Program-made: the position numbers and the translations under genes
The notes under the pieces: model-generated
The model's input: the letters and a program-made list of their open reading frames with translations, nothing else
The model's database searches: none
What the model was told of the DNA's origin: nothing
Virus record (IMG/VR): IMGVR_UViG_2541047319_000002
Length of the DNA: 64,000 bases
Direction: 5' to 3' (one strand)
DNA from: an uncultured virus (IMG/VR IMGVR_UViG_2541047319_000002)
Taxonomy: Duplodnaviria > Heunggongvirae > Uroviricota > Caudoviricetes
Shown here: positions 50,616-59,069 of the stretch, in pieces
Position numbering within the stretch: the stretch's first letter is position 1
How the letters are laid out: each line of letters starts with the position of its first letter

Positions 50616-50856
50616 TAGTAAATATAGAGCATTATATTTATTTATATTTTTTCTAATTTTCAATTTAATATATAGTTTATATTTTGGAAGGAATACGGAG
50701 ATTGGATTTTATTCTAGTACATCTTGCATAGAAGAATATATACTGGATATTATAACCTCTATAGGACTATTTTTCTCAATGATGTTAGCTGGGTTTGATG
50801 TTACAGAAAACTTTATAAACAGTTTAAGGGATTATTGTGAAGAAGATGCAAAGTGA
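50590..50856 (+). CDS. Small two-TM membrane protein
   Basis: Two hydrophobic segments. Confidence 0.6.
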   Translation: MMKMKKIINSKYRALYLFIFFLIFNLIYSLYFGRNTEIGFYSSTSCIEEYILDIITSIGLFFSMMLAGFDVTENFINSLRDYCEEDAK

Positions 50857-51149
50857 GGTGAATAAATTGGAATTAAAGGATTAATAAGTAAAGTAGAATT
50901 AAATGACATGCCACTAACTTTAGATAATCAGTACATGTTAAATGAAATAAGCATATCTGAATATGGTAAAATATTTGCTGTAAAAGACACATCAGGAAGA
51001 ACATCTTATTATACTGAAATAGAATTTAATAAACTATTTAGAGGAATTAATAGCATCCTAGAGAATATTATCTAATATATATTTTTAAGGAACTGAGGGT
51101 TGAGAGCTATTAATTAATAGCTCTCTATTTTTTTGAAAGGGGAGAATCA

Positions 51150-51956
51150 ATGGAAAAGGAACTATACAGCTTTAGTAAATTAAATGCATTTCACACATGT
51201 CCATTTCAGTACTATCTTACATATGTAAAAAATTTAAATCGAGAACAAAATTGTTATGGTTATTATGGCAATGAATTACATAGTTTACTAGAACAATTAC
51301 AACAAAGAAAAATAACAAATCAAGAAGCTATTCAAAAATACAATGAAGTTATAGAATATGCAAATCTAATGGATTACAACTTTCCTACACCAAATTCAAG
51401 AATTAATTATTTAGAATGTATATTACATTATATAGAAAATTTTGTACCAATTGAATGTGATAGATACTATATAGAAGAATATTTTGAGTTTGATATTAAT
51501 GGAATTACAATGAGGGGATACATAGATTTATATTATATAATAGGTAATAAAATTTATGTTATAGATTACAAATCAAGTAGTAAATTTTCTAAAAAAGACC
51601 TACCTAAAAAATCAATGCAACTTATCTTATATGCAATGTATCTTAAAGAAAAATATCCAGATAAATCAATTAAATATGTAGCTTTCGATATGTGCAAGTA
51701 TATGAAGAATGAAAAAGGGGTGTTAGTTGAAAGAAATAAGATTGATAATATAAACAATTATGAAAGAGCTATAGTAAAAATTAAATATACTAAAGAACTA
51801 GAGAAACAATTAATTGATTTTGTTGTTGATACAGTTACTCAAATAAAACAGTTAGATTCCAACGATGAGAGCGTTTGGTGCAAAAGTGATGACAAAAGTA
51901 ATCAGTTTTTTTGTAAAACTCTATGTTCTCATTACAGGGTAAATTGTAAGATATGA
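51150..51956 (+). CDS. PD-(D/E)XK (RecB/Cas4-like) nuclease
   Basis: YSFSKL...CP, GNELH, GYIDL, IDYKS, QLILYA, C-terminal Cys cluster. Confidence 0.9.
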   Translation: MEKELYSFSKLNAFHTCPFQYYLTYVKNLNREQNCYGYYGNELHSLLEQLQQRKITNQEAIQKYNEVIEYANLMDYNFPTPNSRINYLECILHYIENFVPIECDRYYIEEYFEFDINGITMRGYIDLYYIIGNKIYVIDYKSSSKFSKKDLPKKSMQLILYAMYLKEKYPDKSIKYVAFDMCKYMKNEKGVLVERNKIDNINNYERAIVKIKYTKELEKQLIDFVVDTVTQIKQLDSNDESVWCKSDDKSNQFFCKTLCSHYRVNCKI

Positions 51957-51994
51957 GTCAGTTCTAATTTAAAAAGTTTATAAGAGGTGATAAC

Positions 51995-52804
51995 TTGCTT
52001 AAAACAACCAGATATGAGTTATACAATGATGAATGTTTAAAAATAATGGATACATTAATTGAAAAAAATGTAAAAGTAGATGCAATAATTGCTGATATAC
52101 CACAGGGGATAACTAAAAATAATTGGGATAAACCTTTAGCATTTAATGCTATGTGGGATAGATTATATAAATTAAGAAGGAATAAAAATACTCCAATTAT
52201 ACTATTTACCAATCAACCATTTACATCTAAATTAATATGCAGTAATGATAAGCACTTCAAAATAATGAAATATTGGGAAAAAGACAGACCAAGTGGTTTT
52301 TTAAATGCTAAAAGAATGCCTTTAAAAAATGTTGAAGAGATAGCAATATTTTATGAAAAACCACCAGTATATAACCCACAAATGATAGTTGGAAAGCCTA
52401 GTCACAGTATAGGTAAGGTTAATGGAGAAAGTAAATGTAAAAACAATAACAATTATGGCAATTTTGCAAGAGTTGAGAGAGAAGGGAACTTAAAATATCC
52501 TAAACAAATCCTAAAATATTCTAGACCTCACCCACCAATACATCCAACCGAAAAACCTGTACCACTTTTAAAAGATTTAATAATGACATATTCAAATGAG
52601 GGAGATGTAATTTTAGATTTTACTGCTGGTGTAATTTCAACAGGAGTAGCAGCATTAGAAACAAATAGAAGGTTTATTGGAATAGAATTAAACGAAGAAA
52701 GTTTTAATAAGGGGGTAAAAAGGATGAGAAATACAGAAAGTTTAATAATGAAAGGTTGCAAACATAAGGAAAACAAGAGTTTTAGAAAATCAAAATCACA
52801 ATAA
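51995..52804 (+). CDS. Beta-class N4-C/N6-A DNA methyltransferase with degenerate motifs
   Basis: DAIIADIPQG (vs DPPYG), HPTEKP, LDFTAGVISTG (vs GSGST). Confidence 0.75.
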   Translation: MLKTTRYELYNDECLKIMDTLIEKNVKVDAIIADIPQGITKNNWDKPLAFNAMWDRLYKLRRNKNTPIILFTNQPFTSKLICSNDKHFKIMKYWEKDRPSGFLNAKRMPLKNVEEIAIFYEKPPVYNPQMIVGKPSHSIGKVNGESKCKNNNNYGNFARVEREGNLKYPKQILKYSRPHPPIHPTEKPVPLLKDLIMTYSNEGDVILDFTAGVISTGVAALETNRRFIGIELNEESFNKGVKRMRNTESLIMKGCKHKENKSFRKSKSQ

Positions 52805-52808
52805 AATT

Positions 52809-53691
52809 TGAATTTTAATAAGATTGGAGAGTGATGAGTATTAAATTTCAACCTGTAATAAAATGGAGTGGAAGTAAAAGAAGTCAATCTGAAGAAATAG
52901 TAAACAAATTTCCTGATATAATTGACACCTATTATGAACCATTTATAGGTGGAGGAAGTGTGATGTTTCAATTATTAAATAGCAATAAAAAAGTAAAAAG
53001 ATATATATGTAGTGATATAAATGAGGATTTAATTTCTTTATGGAACGCAATTAAATCAGATACCGAATCATTATGCTTAAAATATGAAAAGCTGTGGAAT
53101 GAATTAAATAAAGATGAAGATATAGAAAGAAAGAAAAAGTATTATTATTCAATAAGAAATAGTTATAATAGTACAAGAAAACCAGAATTATTCTTATTTT
53201 TAAGTAGAACATGTGTAAATGGGCTAATTAGATATAACTCCAAAAATGAATTTAATACATCTCTTCATTTTTCTAGGAATGGTATAAATCCAAAAAAATT
53301 AAAAGAAATAATATATCAATGGTCAAAGATTTTAAATGATAAAAACGTTGTATTTTTAAAACAAAGTTACGAAAAAGTATATCCTAAAAGTAATGATTTT
53401 ATATATTTAGACCCACCCTATGCAAATACAAAAGGAATGTATCAAGGAACTATAGATTATGAGTATTTTTGGGATTGGATTAGAACTTTAGAATGTAAAT
53501 TAGCGTTGAGTTTTGATGGAAAGCTTGGAAATAAAGATAAAACATATGATGTACCAAAAGATATATATAAAATTCATAATTATCTTTATAGTGGAATAAG
53601 TGTTTTTAAAAAAATAAAACAAAAACAGGAGCCTGTGTATGAAAGTTTATATCTAAATTATTGATATGAATTTTAATAAGATTGGAGAGTG
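52809..53691. repeat. 25-bp exact direct repeat flanking the Dam-type methyltransferase gene
   Basis: TGAATTTTAATAAGATTGGAGAGTG at 52809-52833 and 53667-53691. Confidence 0.9.
52831..53664 (+). CDS. Dam/D12-class DNA adenine methyltransferase
   Basis: KWSGSK, YYEPFIGGGSV, SDIN, YLDPPY. Confidence 0.92.
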   Translation: MMSIKFQPVIKWSGSKRSQSEEIVNKFPDIIDTYYEPFIGGGSVMFQLLNSNKKVKRYICSDINEDLISLWNAIKSDTESLCLKYEKLWNELNKDEDIERKKKYYYSIRNSYNSTRKPELFLFLSRTCVNGLIRYNSKNEFNTSLHFSRNGINPKKLKEIIYQWSKILNDKNVVFLKQSYEKVYPKSNDFIYLDPPYANTKGMYQGTIDYEYFWDWIRTLECKLALSFDGKLGNKDKTYDVPKDIYKIHNYLYSGISVFKKIKQKQEPVYESLYLNY

Positions 53692-53696
53692 TTTAA

Positions 53697-54080
53697 ATGA
53701 ATATACCAAAGCAAGTAAAAGTAGGAGGTTTATTCTATAAAATAGAAGAGACAGAAGAACCCATTCTAGTAAATAATCAATTATGTTATGGATTAGCTGA
53801 TTATGGAACTGAAACAATGAAATTATCTAATAATTTACAATCACAAAGAGTAAAAGAAGCTACATTTTTACATGAGCTATTTCATTGTATATTTAGAGAT
53901 AGATGCATAGAGAGTGAAGATGAGGAATATTTAGTGGATGTATTAGCTAAAGGGCTTCATCAAGTAATTATAGATAATCCAAAAATATTTGAATGTAAAA
54001 AAAAGGTGAATTGTAATCCAATCACTTATCCTTCAATCCCGCCTGATAAACTAGAATCTATAGAATTAAGAGGAATGTAA
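53697..54080 (+). CDS. HExxH zinc metallopeptidase-like (ImmA/IrrE-like) phage protein
   Basis: TFLHELFHCI...DEEYLV. Confidence 0.7.
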   Translation: MNIPKQVKVGGLFYKIEETEEPILVNNQLCYGLADYGTETMKLSNNLQSQRVKEATFLHELFHCIFRDRCIESEDEEYLVDVLAKGLHQVIIDNPKIFECKKKVNCNPITYPSIPPDKLESIELRGM

Positions 54081-54652
54081 TGAATAAAATATTTGTATTT
54101 TTAGGATATTCAGGTTCAGGTAAAGATAGTATAGTAACAGAAATTTCAAAGCAATTCAATATTCCAATTCTAATATCACATACAACAAGACCTCCTCGTG
54201 GCCAATCAGAAATCATCAATAAAACATATTATTTTGTAGATAATAAATTTTTTAAGAAAGAAAAAAATAATTTTATTGAAATGAGAAAATATATAGTTCA
54301 TGATGGCAGCACTTGGCTATATGGTATACATAAATCTGAATTAGAAAATAAAAAATATGCTTTGACTATAGTAGATGCATGTGGATATAAGGCGTTAGAA
54401 AAATATTTTATGGGAACAAAAACTAAGTTAATACCATTTTTTATAAATACAGATGAGAATATATTAAGAAAAAGACTTATTAATAGGGGTGATAATGCTA
54501 AAGAAATAGAGAGAAGATTAGCAGATGATAAACTTAAATTTAATGATTTTCTAAATAATGAAAGTTATATTGCAATACCAAATAACACTAATCTAATTAA
54601 TGCAGTGGAGCAAGTCAAAATACATATGAAAGAAGGGATTGAATGGTATTAG
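54080..54652 (+). CDS. gmk: Guanylate kinase-like nucleoside monophosphate kinase
   Basis: GYSGSGKD, SHTTRPPR, YYFV, YG, RGD. Confidence 0.85.
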   Translation: MNKIFVFLGYSGSGKDSIVTEISKQFNIPILISHTTRPPRGQSEIINKTYYFVDNKFFKKEKNNFIEMRKYIVHDGSTWLYGIHKSELENKKYALTIVDACGYKALEKYFMGTKTKLIPFFINTDENILRKRLINRGDNAKEIERRLADDKLKFNDFLNNESYIAIPNNTNLINAVEQVKIHMKEGIEWY

Positions 54653-55137
54653 CCCTAGATATATCCATGTCCTCAACTGGATGGGCAGTTATAAATAGAA
54701 ATAAAAAGGTATTAAAATATGGAAAAATAGTAACTAAAAAAGATAAATTTAAGTCTGAAGATGAGAGAATGTGCTATATCTGTAATACAATTCAAGAGAT
54801 AATTACAACTCATAATATTCAAATAGTCTTAGTTGAAGACCAATTCACTTCAAGAAATTCTAAAACAATTCTTAGTTTAAGAAAACTCTTAGGAGCAATA
54901 ATGAGGACTGTAAAATTAAATAATATAGAGATTGAATATATGTATCCAGTTTCTATTAGAAAATATCTCATGAATAATGGTAAAGCTAAAAAGGAAGAAG
55001 TAGCTGCATATGTAAGAGAAAACATTATTGATATTGGAGAATATATTGATAGGACTTGTAAGGCTAAAACAAGTGATATATATGATGCTATAGCACTTGG
55101 AATAGCTTATTTAAACAAACTTGATACTAACAGATAA
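54643..55137 (+). CDS. ruvC: RuvC-like Holliday junction resolvase
   Basis: LALDISMSSTGWA, VED, GKAKKEEV, DIYDAIAL. Confidence 0.85.
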   Translation: MVLALDISMSSTGWAVINRNKKVLKYGKIVTKKDKFKSEDERMCYICNTIQEIITTHNIQIVLVEDQFTSRNSKTILSLRKLLGAIMRTVKLNNIEIEYMYPVSIRKYLMNNGKAKKEEVAAYVRENIIDIGEYIDRTCKAKTSDIYDAIALGIAYLNKLDTNR

Positions 55138-55160
55138 TTTTAAAAAGGGAGATTAAATTA

Positions 55161-55709
55161 ATGAGTATAAATGTTAAAATAAAGAAATTAAGTCAAGACA
55201 CAATAATGCCATCTTATGCAAAAGAAGGTGATAGTGGAATAGATTTATATACACTAAAAGATACGGTGATTCCAGCCAAATCAGCAGTAGCAGTCTCTAC
55301 AGGTATAGCGTTGGAAATTCCGTTTGGATATGAAATGCAAATTAGACCTAGAAGCGGTATAAGCTTAAAAGGAATGTTATTTACAAGAGATGTAGAAGTC
55401 CTTTATGTAGACAGAGATAAATCATTTAAAGATGTAATTGTATGTGATAGAATAAAACCTAAAAAGCAAATGAGAAAAAGTTTTGTAGTATATCCAACTG
55501 TGCGACTAGGTACGATAGATTCGGGATATAGAGGTGAAATTAAAATAATTACATATAATGAAGAGGATTTTGATATTTTAATTCCTAAACATACTAAACT
55601 TGCACAAGGTGTGTTTCAACAAGTTCCAAGAGCTATTTTAAAAGTTGTAGATGAATTGACTAGCTCTGAAAGAGGTAATAATGGATTTGGAAGCACTGGT
55701 ATAAGATAG
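55161..55709 (+). CDS. dut: Trimeric dUTPase with a ~35-aa insertion
   Basis: SGIDL, RPRSG, GTIDSGYRGE, AQ, RGNNGFGSTG. Confidence 0.95.
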   Translation: MSINVKIKKLSQDTIMPSYAKEGDSGIDLYTLKDTVIPAKSAVAVSTGIALEIPFGYEMQIRPRSGISLKGMLFTRDVEVLYVDRDKSFKDVIVCDRIKPKKQMRKSFVVYPTVRLGTIDSGYRGEIKIITYNEEDFDILIPKHTKLAQGVFQQVPRAILKVVDELTSSERGNNGFGSTGIR

Positions 55710-55717
55710 GAGGCTAT

Positions 55718-56377
55718 ATGTATACTATTAAAGATGTGATAGATGTATTGAAATCTACTAGAAACTGCAATCTAAAATGTAATGATTGTATATTAAATAA
55801 AAGTATAGTTACAAATAAAATAGAAAAAACATTATGTTGGTGGCTAGAAGAAACAAGAAAATCTCTTAAGCTATCACATTCAAATATTGAATTTGATAAA
55901 CAAATTGAAATACTAAAAGAAGTGAATGACATTATATTTGAATGTGAGGACAAAACTTGCAATAAGTGTATATTTGGCGAAGAAGTGAGTAATCTATATA
56001 GTTCTTGTGATATATTAGAAAAGATATGTGATGAATTGAGCAAAAAAACATGTAAACTAATAGAAAAAATTAATTATTATCATGATTATACTTATGAAAA
56101 ATTATATTGTTTAGAAAATGTTAAAACTGGAGAGAAATTTGCTGTTGAAGAAAATCAAATAAAGAGATATAATATCCTCAATACTAATTTTGGAGGTGCT
56201 AATATGTTTAAATATGATGATTATGTTAATTTGACAAATAGTTTAGAGTTACCAGAAGAAATTAGAAATAAATGTGTTAGAGTTGTAATGACATTGGAAA
56301 ATATGCAAGATATTATGATAGTACATAAGTTCAAGACTTATGTTGTTAATGAAAAATACATTGAAAAAGTATCATAA
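55718..56377 (+). CDS. Hypothetical Cys-rich protein
   Basis: AGGAGG RBS; repeated CxxCI. Confidence 0.65.
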   Translation: MYTIKDVIDVLKSTRNCNLKCNDCILNKSIVTNKIEKTLCWWLEETRKSLKLSHSNIEFDKQIEILKEVNDIIFECEDKTCNKCIFGEEVSNLYSSCDILEKICDELSKKTCKLIEKINYYHDYTYEKLYCLENVKTGEKFAVEENQIKRYNILNTNFGGANMFKYDDYVNLTNSLELPEEIRNKCVRVVMTLENMQDIMIVHKFKTYVVNEKYIEKVS

Positions 56378-56380
56378 AAA

Positions 56381-56416
56381 TAAAAAAGTCATCTATTAAT
56401 TTAGATGACTTTTTTA
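56381..56416. terminator. Bidirectional terminator
   Basis: AAAAAAGTCATCTA-ttaatt-TAGATGACTTTTTT. Confidence 0.85.
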
Positions 56417-56464
56417 TCTGTTAATAATATAATAGAAGTATTATTGAAAAAATAAAAGAACAAA

Positions 56465-57775
56465 TTAAAATCTATCACTTTTGAAAACTTCAAGTAATTG
56501 TGGAATATTAACTCCGAATCCCTCTATTAATTTTTCTTTATTATATGAATCATCCCAACTAAAAGGCTTGATGGTATTTACAATTTTAGTTGAGGTTAAT
56601 TTGTTATATTTAGGTTTATTAGTTGCTATTGTTTCAAATAATATCTTAGCTCTAAAAATTTCAAATCTATAACCTTTTCCAGCTTTTTCAATATATTTAA
56701 TTAAATTATTTACGCTTTCAGTAGAAGTATTTGCTGTTCTATATCCAAAATAGTTAAATATCTCTAAGTACCAACTATCAACTGTTTTTATCACCTCTTG
56801 GTAATATTTCATATTTTTAGGAACTGACAATTTCCATTTCTCATATATTTTAAAAGCATCTTCTTTATTTTGACATCCATAAATATCTCTAAATTGTTCC
56901 TTAAGCTCATATACTAATTTTAAATGTGGAAATTCATTGAATATCGTTTGCATATTCTGTATTTGTTCATCTTTTAATTCCTCTCTATTTTTTGATAGTA
57001 AAATTTTATCTTTTAATAGTTTTTTGCGTTGCTTAATTGTTAAAGTATCTTTAAAAGACTTTCTTTCTTTTTCTAGGGCATTTGTAATTAATTGTAAAAC
57101 ATGAAATCTATCTATAATAATTTTTACCTTTGGTAATTCCTCATAAATTGCTTCTTTACAATGTTTGCACATATCAATTATTATGACTTCGATTTGTTTT
57201 TTATTAGGAAATTTATTTAAAAATGCTTTGATATCAGTTTTATTTCTAGTTGCTTGAATATCAAGAATTTTATGATGGACTACATCTATATATATAGCTC
57301 TTACTGAGTTCTTAAGATATAGTCCATTTATACTCAACACTATCGGGGTAGTGTAAACTATATTTTTTTCAAGTTCCTTCATATAAACTTCAAACACTCT
57401 TTTTACTGTGGTTGGTGAAACACTATATTCATCTGCAATACTGGAAAATGGTTTCTTAAGAGATTCTTTTTCTATCTGTTTTCTTAATCTAATAGTAATT
57501 TTACCTCTTTCATCAATGCTTTTATATTTTTGATTGAATGTAGAATTACAATGTTTACATTTATATCTATAACTATGTATTTCTATTACTACATGTTTGT
57601 CAAAAATATTTAAATCCTTAACAGAACGTGTAGACTTTCCATGCTTATAATATTCAGTGCAACCACATTCATAACATATGGTGGGTTCTTTTTTAGGTTT
57701 AACAATTACAGTCATATCGTGTTCATTTATTATTGTATCAATAACTTCAAAATCTGGTAAATTTAATACATCCAT
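56465..57775 (-). CDS. ISL3-family transposase, degenerate DDE
   Basis: Zn finger CYEC...CKHC; IIDM; IDRFHV; TESVNNLIK; first catalytic IDE replaced by ING. Confidence 0.85.
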   Translation of the reverse strand: MDVLNLPDFEVIDTIINEHDMTVIVKPKKEPTICYECGCTEYYKHGKSTRSVKDLNIFDKHVVIEIHSYRYKCKHCNSTFNQKYKSIDERGKITIRLRKQIEKESLKKPFSSIADEYSVSPTTVKRVFEVYMKELEKNIVYTTPIVLSINGLYLKNSVRAIYIDVVHHKILDIQATRNKTDIKAFLNKFPNKKQIEVIIIDMCKHCKEAIYEELPKVKIIIDRFHVLQLITNALEKERKSFKDTLTIKQRKKLLKDKILLSKNREELKDEQIQNMQTIFNEFPHLKLVYELKEQFRDIYGCQNKEDAFKIYEKWKLSVPKNMKYYQEVIKTVDSWYLEIFNYFGYRTANTSTESVNNLIKYIEKAGKGYRFEIFRAKILFETIATNKPKYNKLTSTKIVNTIKPFSWDDSYNKEKLIEGFGVNIPQLLEVFKSDRF

Positions 57776-57777
57776 TT

Positions 57778-58620
57778 TTATTCACATTCTTTAATTAGAT
57801 TAATAGCTGTTATCATTCTAATATTATATATAGTTTTTTTTGTATTTTGTAAATACCATTCTAAATAACTTCTATTTTCTTTATAAACATCATATGCTGT
57901 TTTACCTTTGTATTTTCCACTTGTAAAAATAATTTTTTTTGCATCATCAAGACTTATATCTTTAAAATAAGCTAATAAATTTTTTGATATATGAGGATAA
58001 AATGTATCTAATAAATATTTTATGCAATTATAACTTTTAGTTCTTTCTGATGATGGATTGTAATTTAACTGATTAACACCAACACTTGAAAAGTTAAATT
58101 CTTTACTGTTTAAATTTCCTGCATAATATGCAACACAATGCTCTAAATCAGTTTGCATTACATCATATATATATTCACCTGAGTATTTTGAGAAACAAGG
58201 AAATTTAACAGTTTTAGCCTTCTCTAGGGTGTCAACATTTTCTTCTTCTAATATTTTGGATTGTCTCTTTTCTTTAATATCCCAAATTAATGAATTTAAA
58301 TATTCAAAGTCACTTAAGTGCTTATCAGCCCAAATATTAGCTTTTTCAAATCCTATTTCAAAAGATTCAACTTCTTCTTTTAAAATAGTCTCTTTTAAAT
58401 ATTCGATATATAAGTAATATTTTTCATTCAGTTCTTTTTTACCATTATCTAAAAATTTAACAAATATATCTTCTTTTTTTACTCTAAAAGTAACTCTATT
58501 TTTAGTAATCTTATAATGAGTATCACTATTTTTTGTACCTATTCTGTTTAGATAATTTATACCTGCTGCATCCTGTATTTCAATTTCAGGTACTTTTGTT
58601 GGTTTAAAATCAAGTTTCAT
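57778..58620 (-). CDS. Hypothetical protein with two F-x-KYxG repeats, co-oriented with the transposase
   Basis: FPCFSKYSGEYIYDV and FTSGKYKGKTAYDV...YLEW; AAGGAGG RBS. Confidence 0.7.
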   Translation of the reverse strand: MKLDFKPTKVPEIEIQDAAGINYLNRIGTKNSDTHYKITKNRVTFRVKKEDIFVKFLDNGKKELNEKYYLYIEYLKETILKEEVESFEIGFEKANIWADKHLSDFEYLNSLIWDIKEKRQSKILEEENVDTLEKAKTVKFPCFSKYSGEYIYDVMQTDLEHCVAYYAGNLNSKEFNFSSVGVNQLNYNPSSERTKSYNCIKYLLDTFYPHISKNLLAYFKDISLDDAKKIIFTSGKYKGKTAYDVYKENRSYLEWYLQNTKKTIYNIRMITAINLIKECE

Positions 58621-58786
58621 AGATATATCAACCTCCTTTTTATAATTTATTATATAAAATATTATACCACATTTAAAGTTATATTTTCCACTATTAAAGT
58701 TGTTTTATATAATAAATTCCAGATTAACTCTTTACTATCTAATTATCCTAATACTTAATTAGAATTTAAAACTTATCAAAACGAAA

Positions 58787-58815
58787 TGACCTTCTAAATT
58801 CGATTTTAAGGCTTT
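58787..58815 (+). repeat. Copy 3 of 29-bp element
   Basis: TGACCTTCTAAATTCGATTTTAAGGCTTT. Confidence 0.55.
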
Positions 58816-58898
58816 ATAAAAATCAATGCTTATAATTAGTCCTATTCAGAAATTCGATTGCTTAAAACGCAAAATATAAAAAATAATAAATTACTAGT

Positions 58899-58933
58899 AT
58901 AAGACATAGAATTGTGTATTCTATGTCTTATTT
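58899..58933. terminator. Hairpin/terminator
   Basis: ATAAGACATAGAAT-tgtgt-ATTCTATGTCTTAT. Confidence 0.6.
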
Positions 58934-59069
58934 CTTTACAACTAAGTAATTTCAATAATTATATAAATAAAAGAATTAAAAAAGTCAGTTGAAAGTCAGC
59001 TAAAATGACTATTTTTTGCCTCCTCTGTATGGTATAATAAGTATATGAATTTTCATAGGAGGGATAACC

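Larger units (their letters stand above)
8030..53676. repeat. Dispersed 18-bp palindrome WTAAAA-N6-TTTTAW at gene junctions (17 perfect copies)
   Basis: Perfect copies start at 8030, 17525, 20890, 24888, 29386, 30581, 32304, 32574, 33021, 33776, 34854, 35890, 35914, 36190, 47706, 49806, 52801; near copies at 3500, 4740, 15860, 20291, 20671, 29127, 31863, 41579; right-half sites at 48215 and 53671. Confidence 0.8.

Noticed and set aside
51150..51956. Cas4 partnering the orphan Cas3
   Set aside because: It lies 44 kb away in the replication/recombination module and looks like an ordinary phage PD-(D/E)XK exonuclease; no cas1 or cas2 is present.
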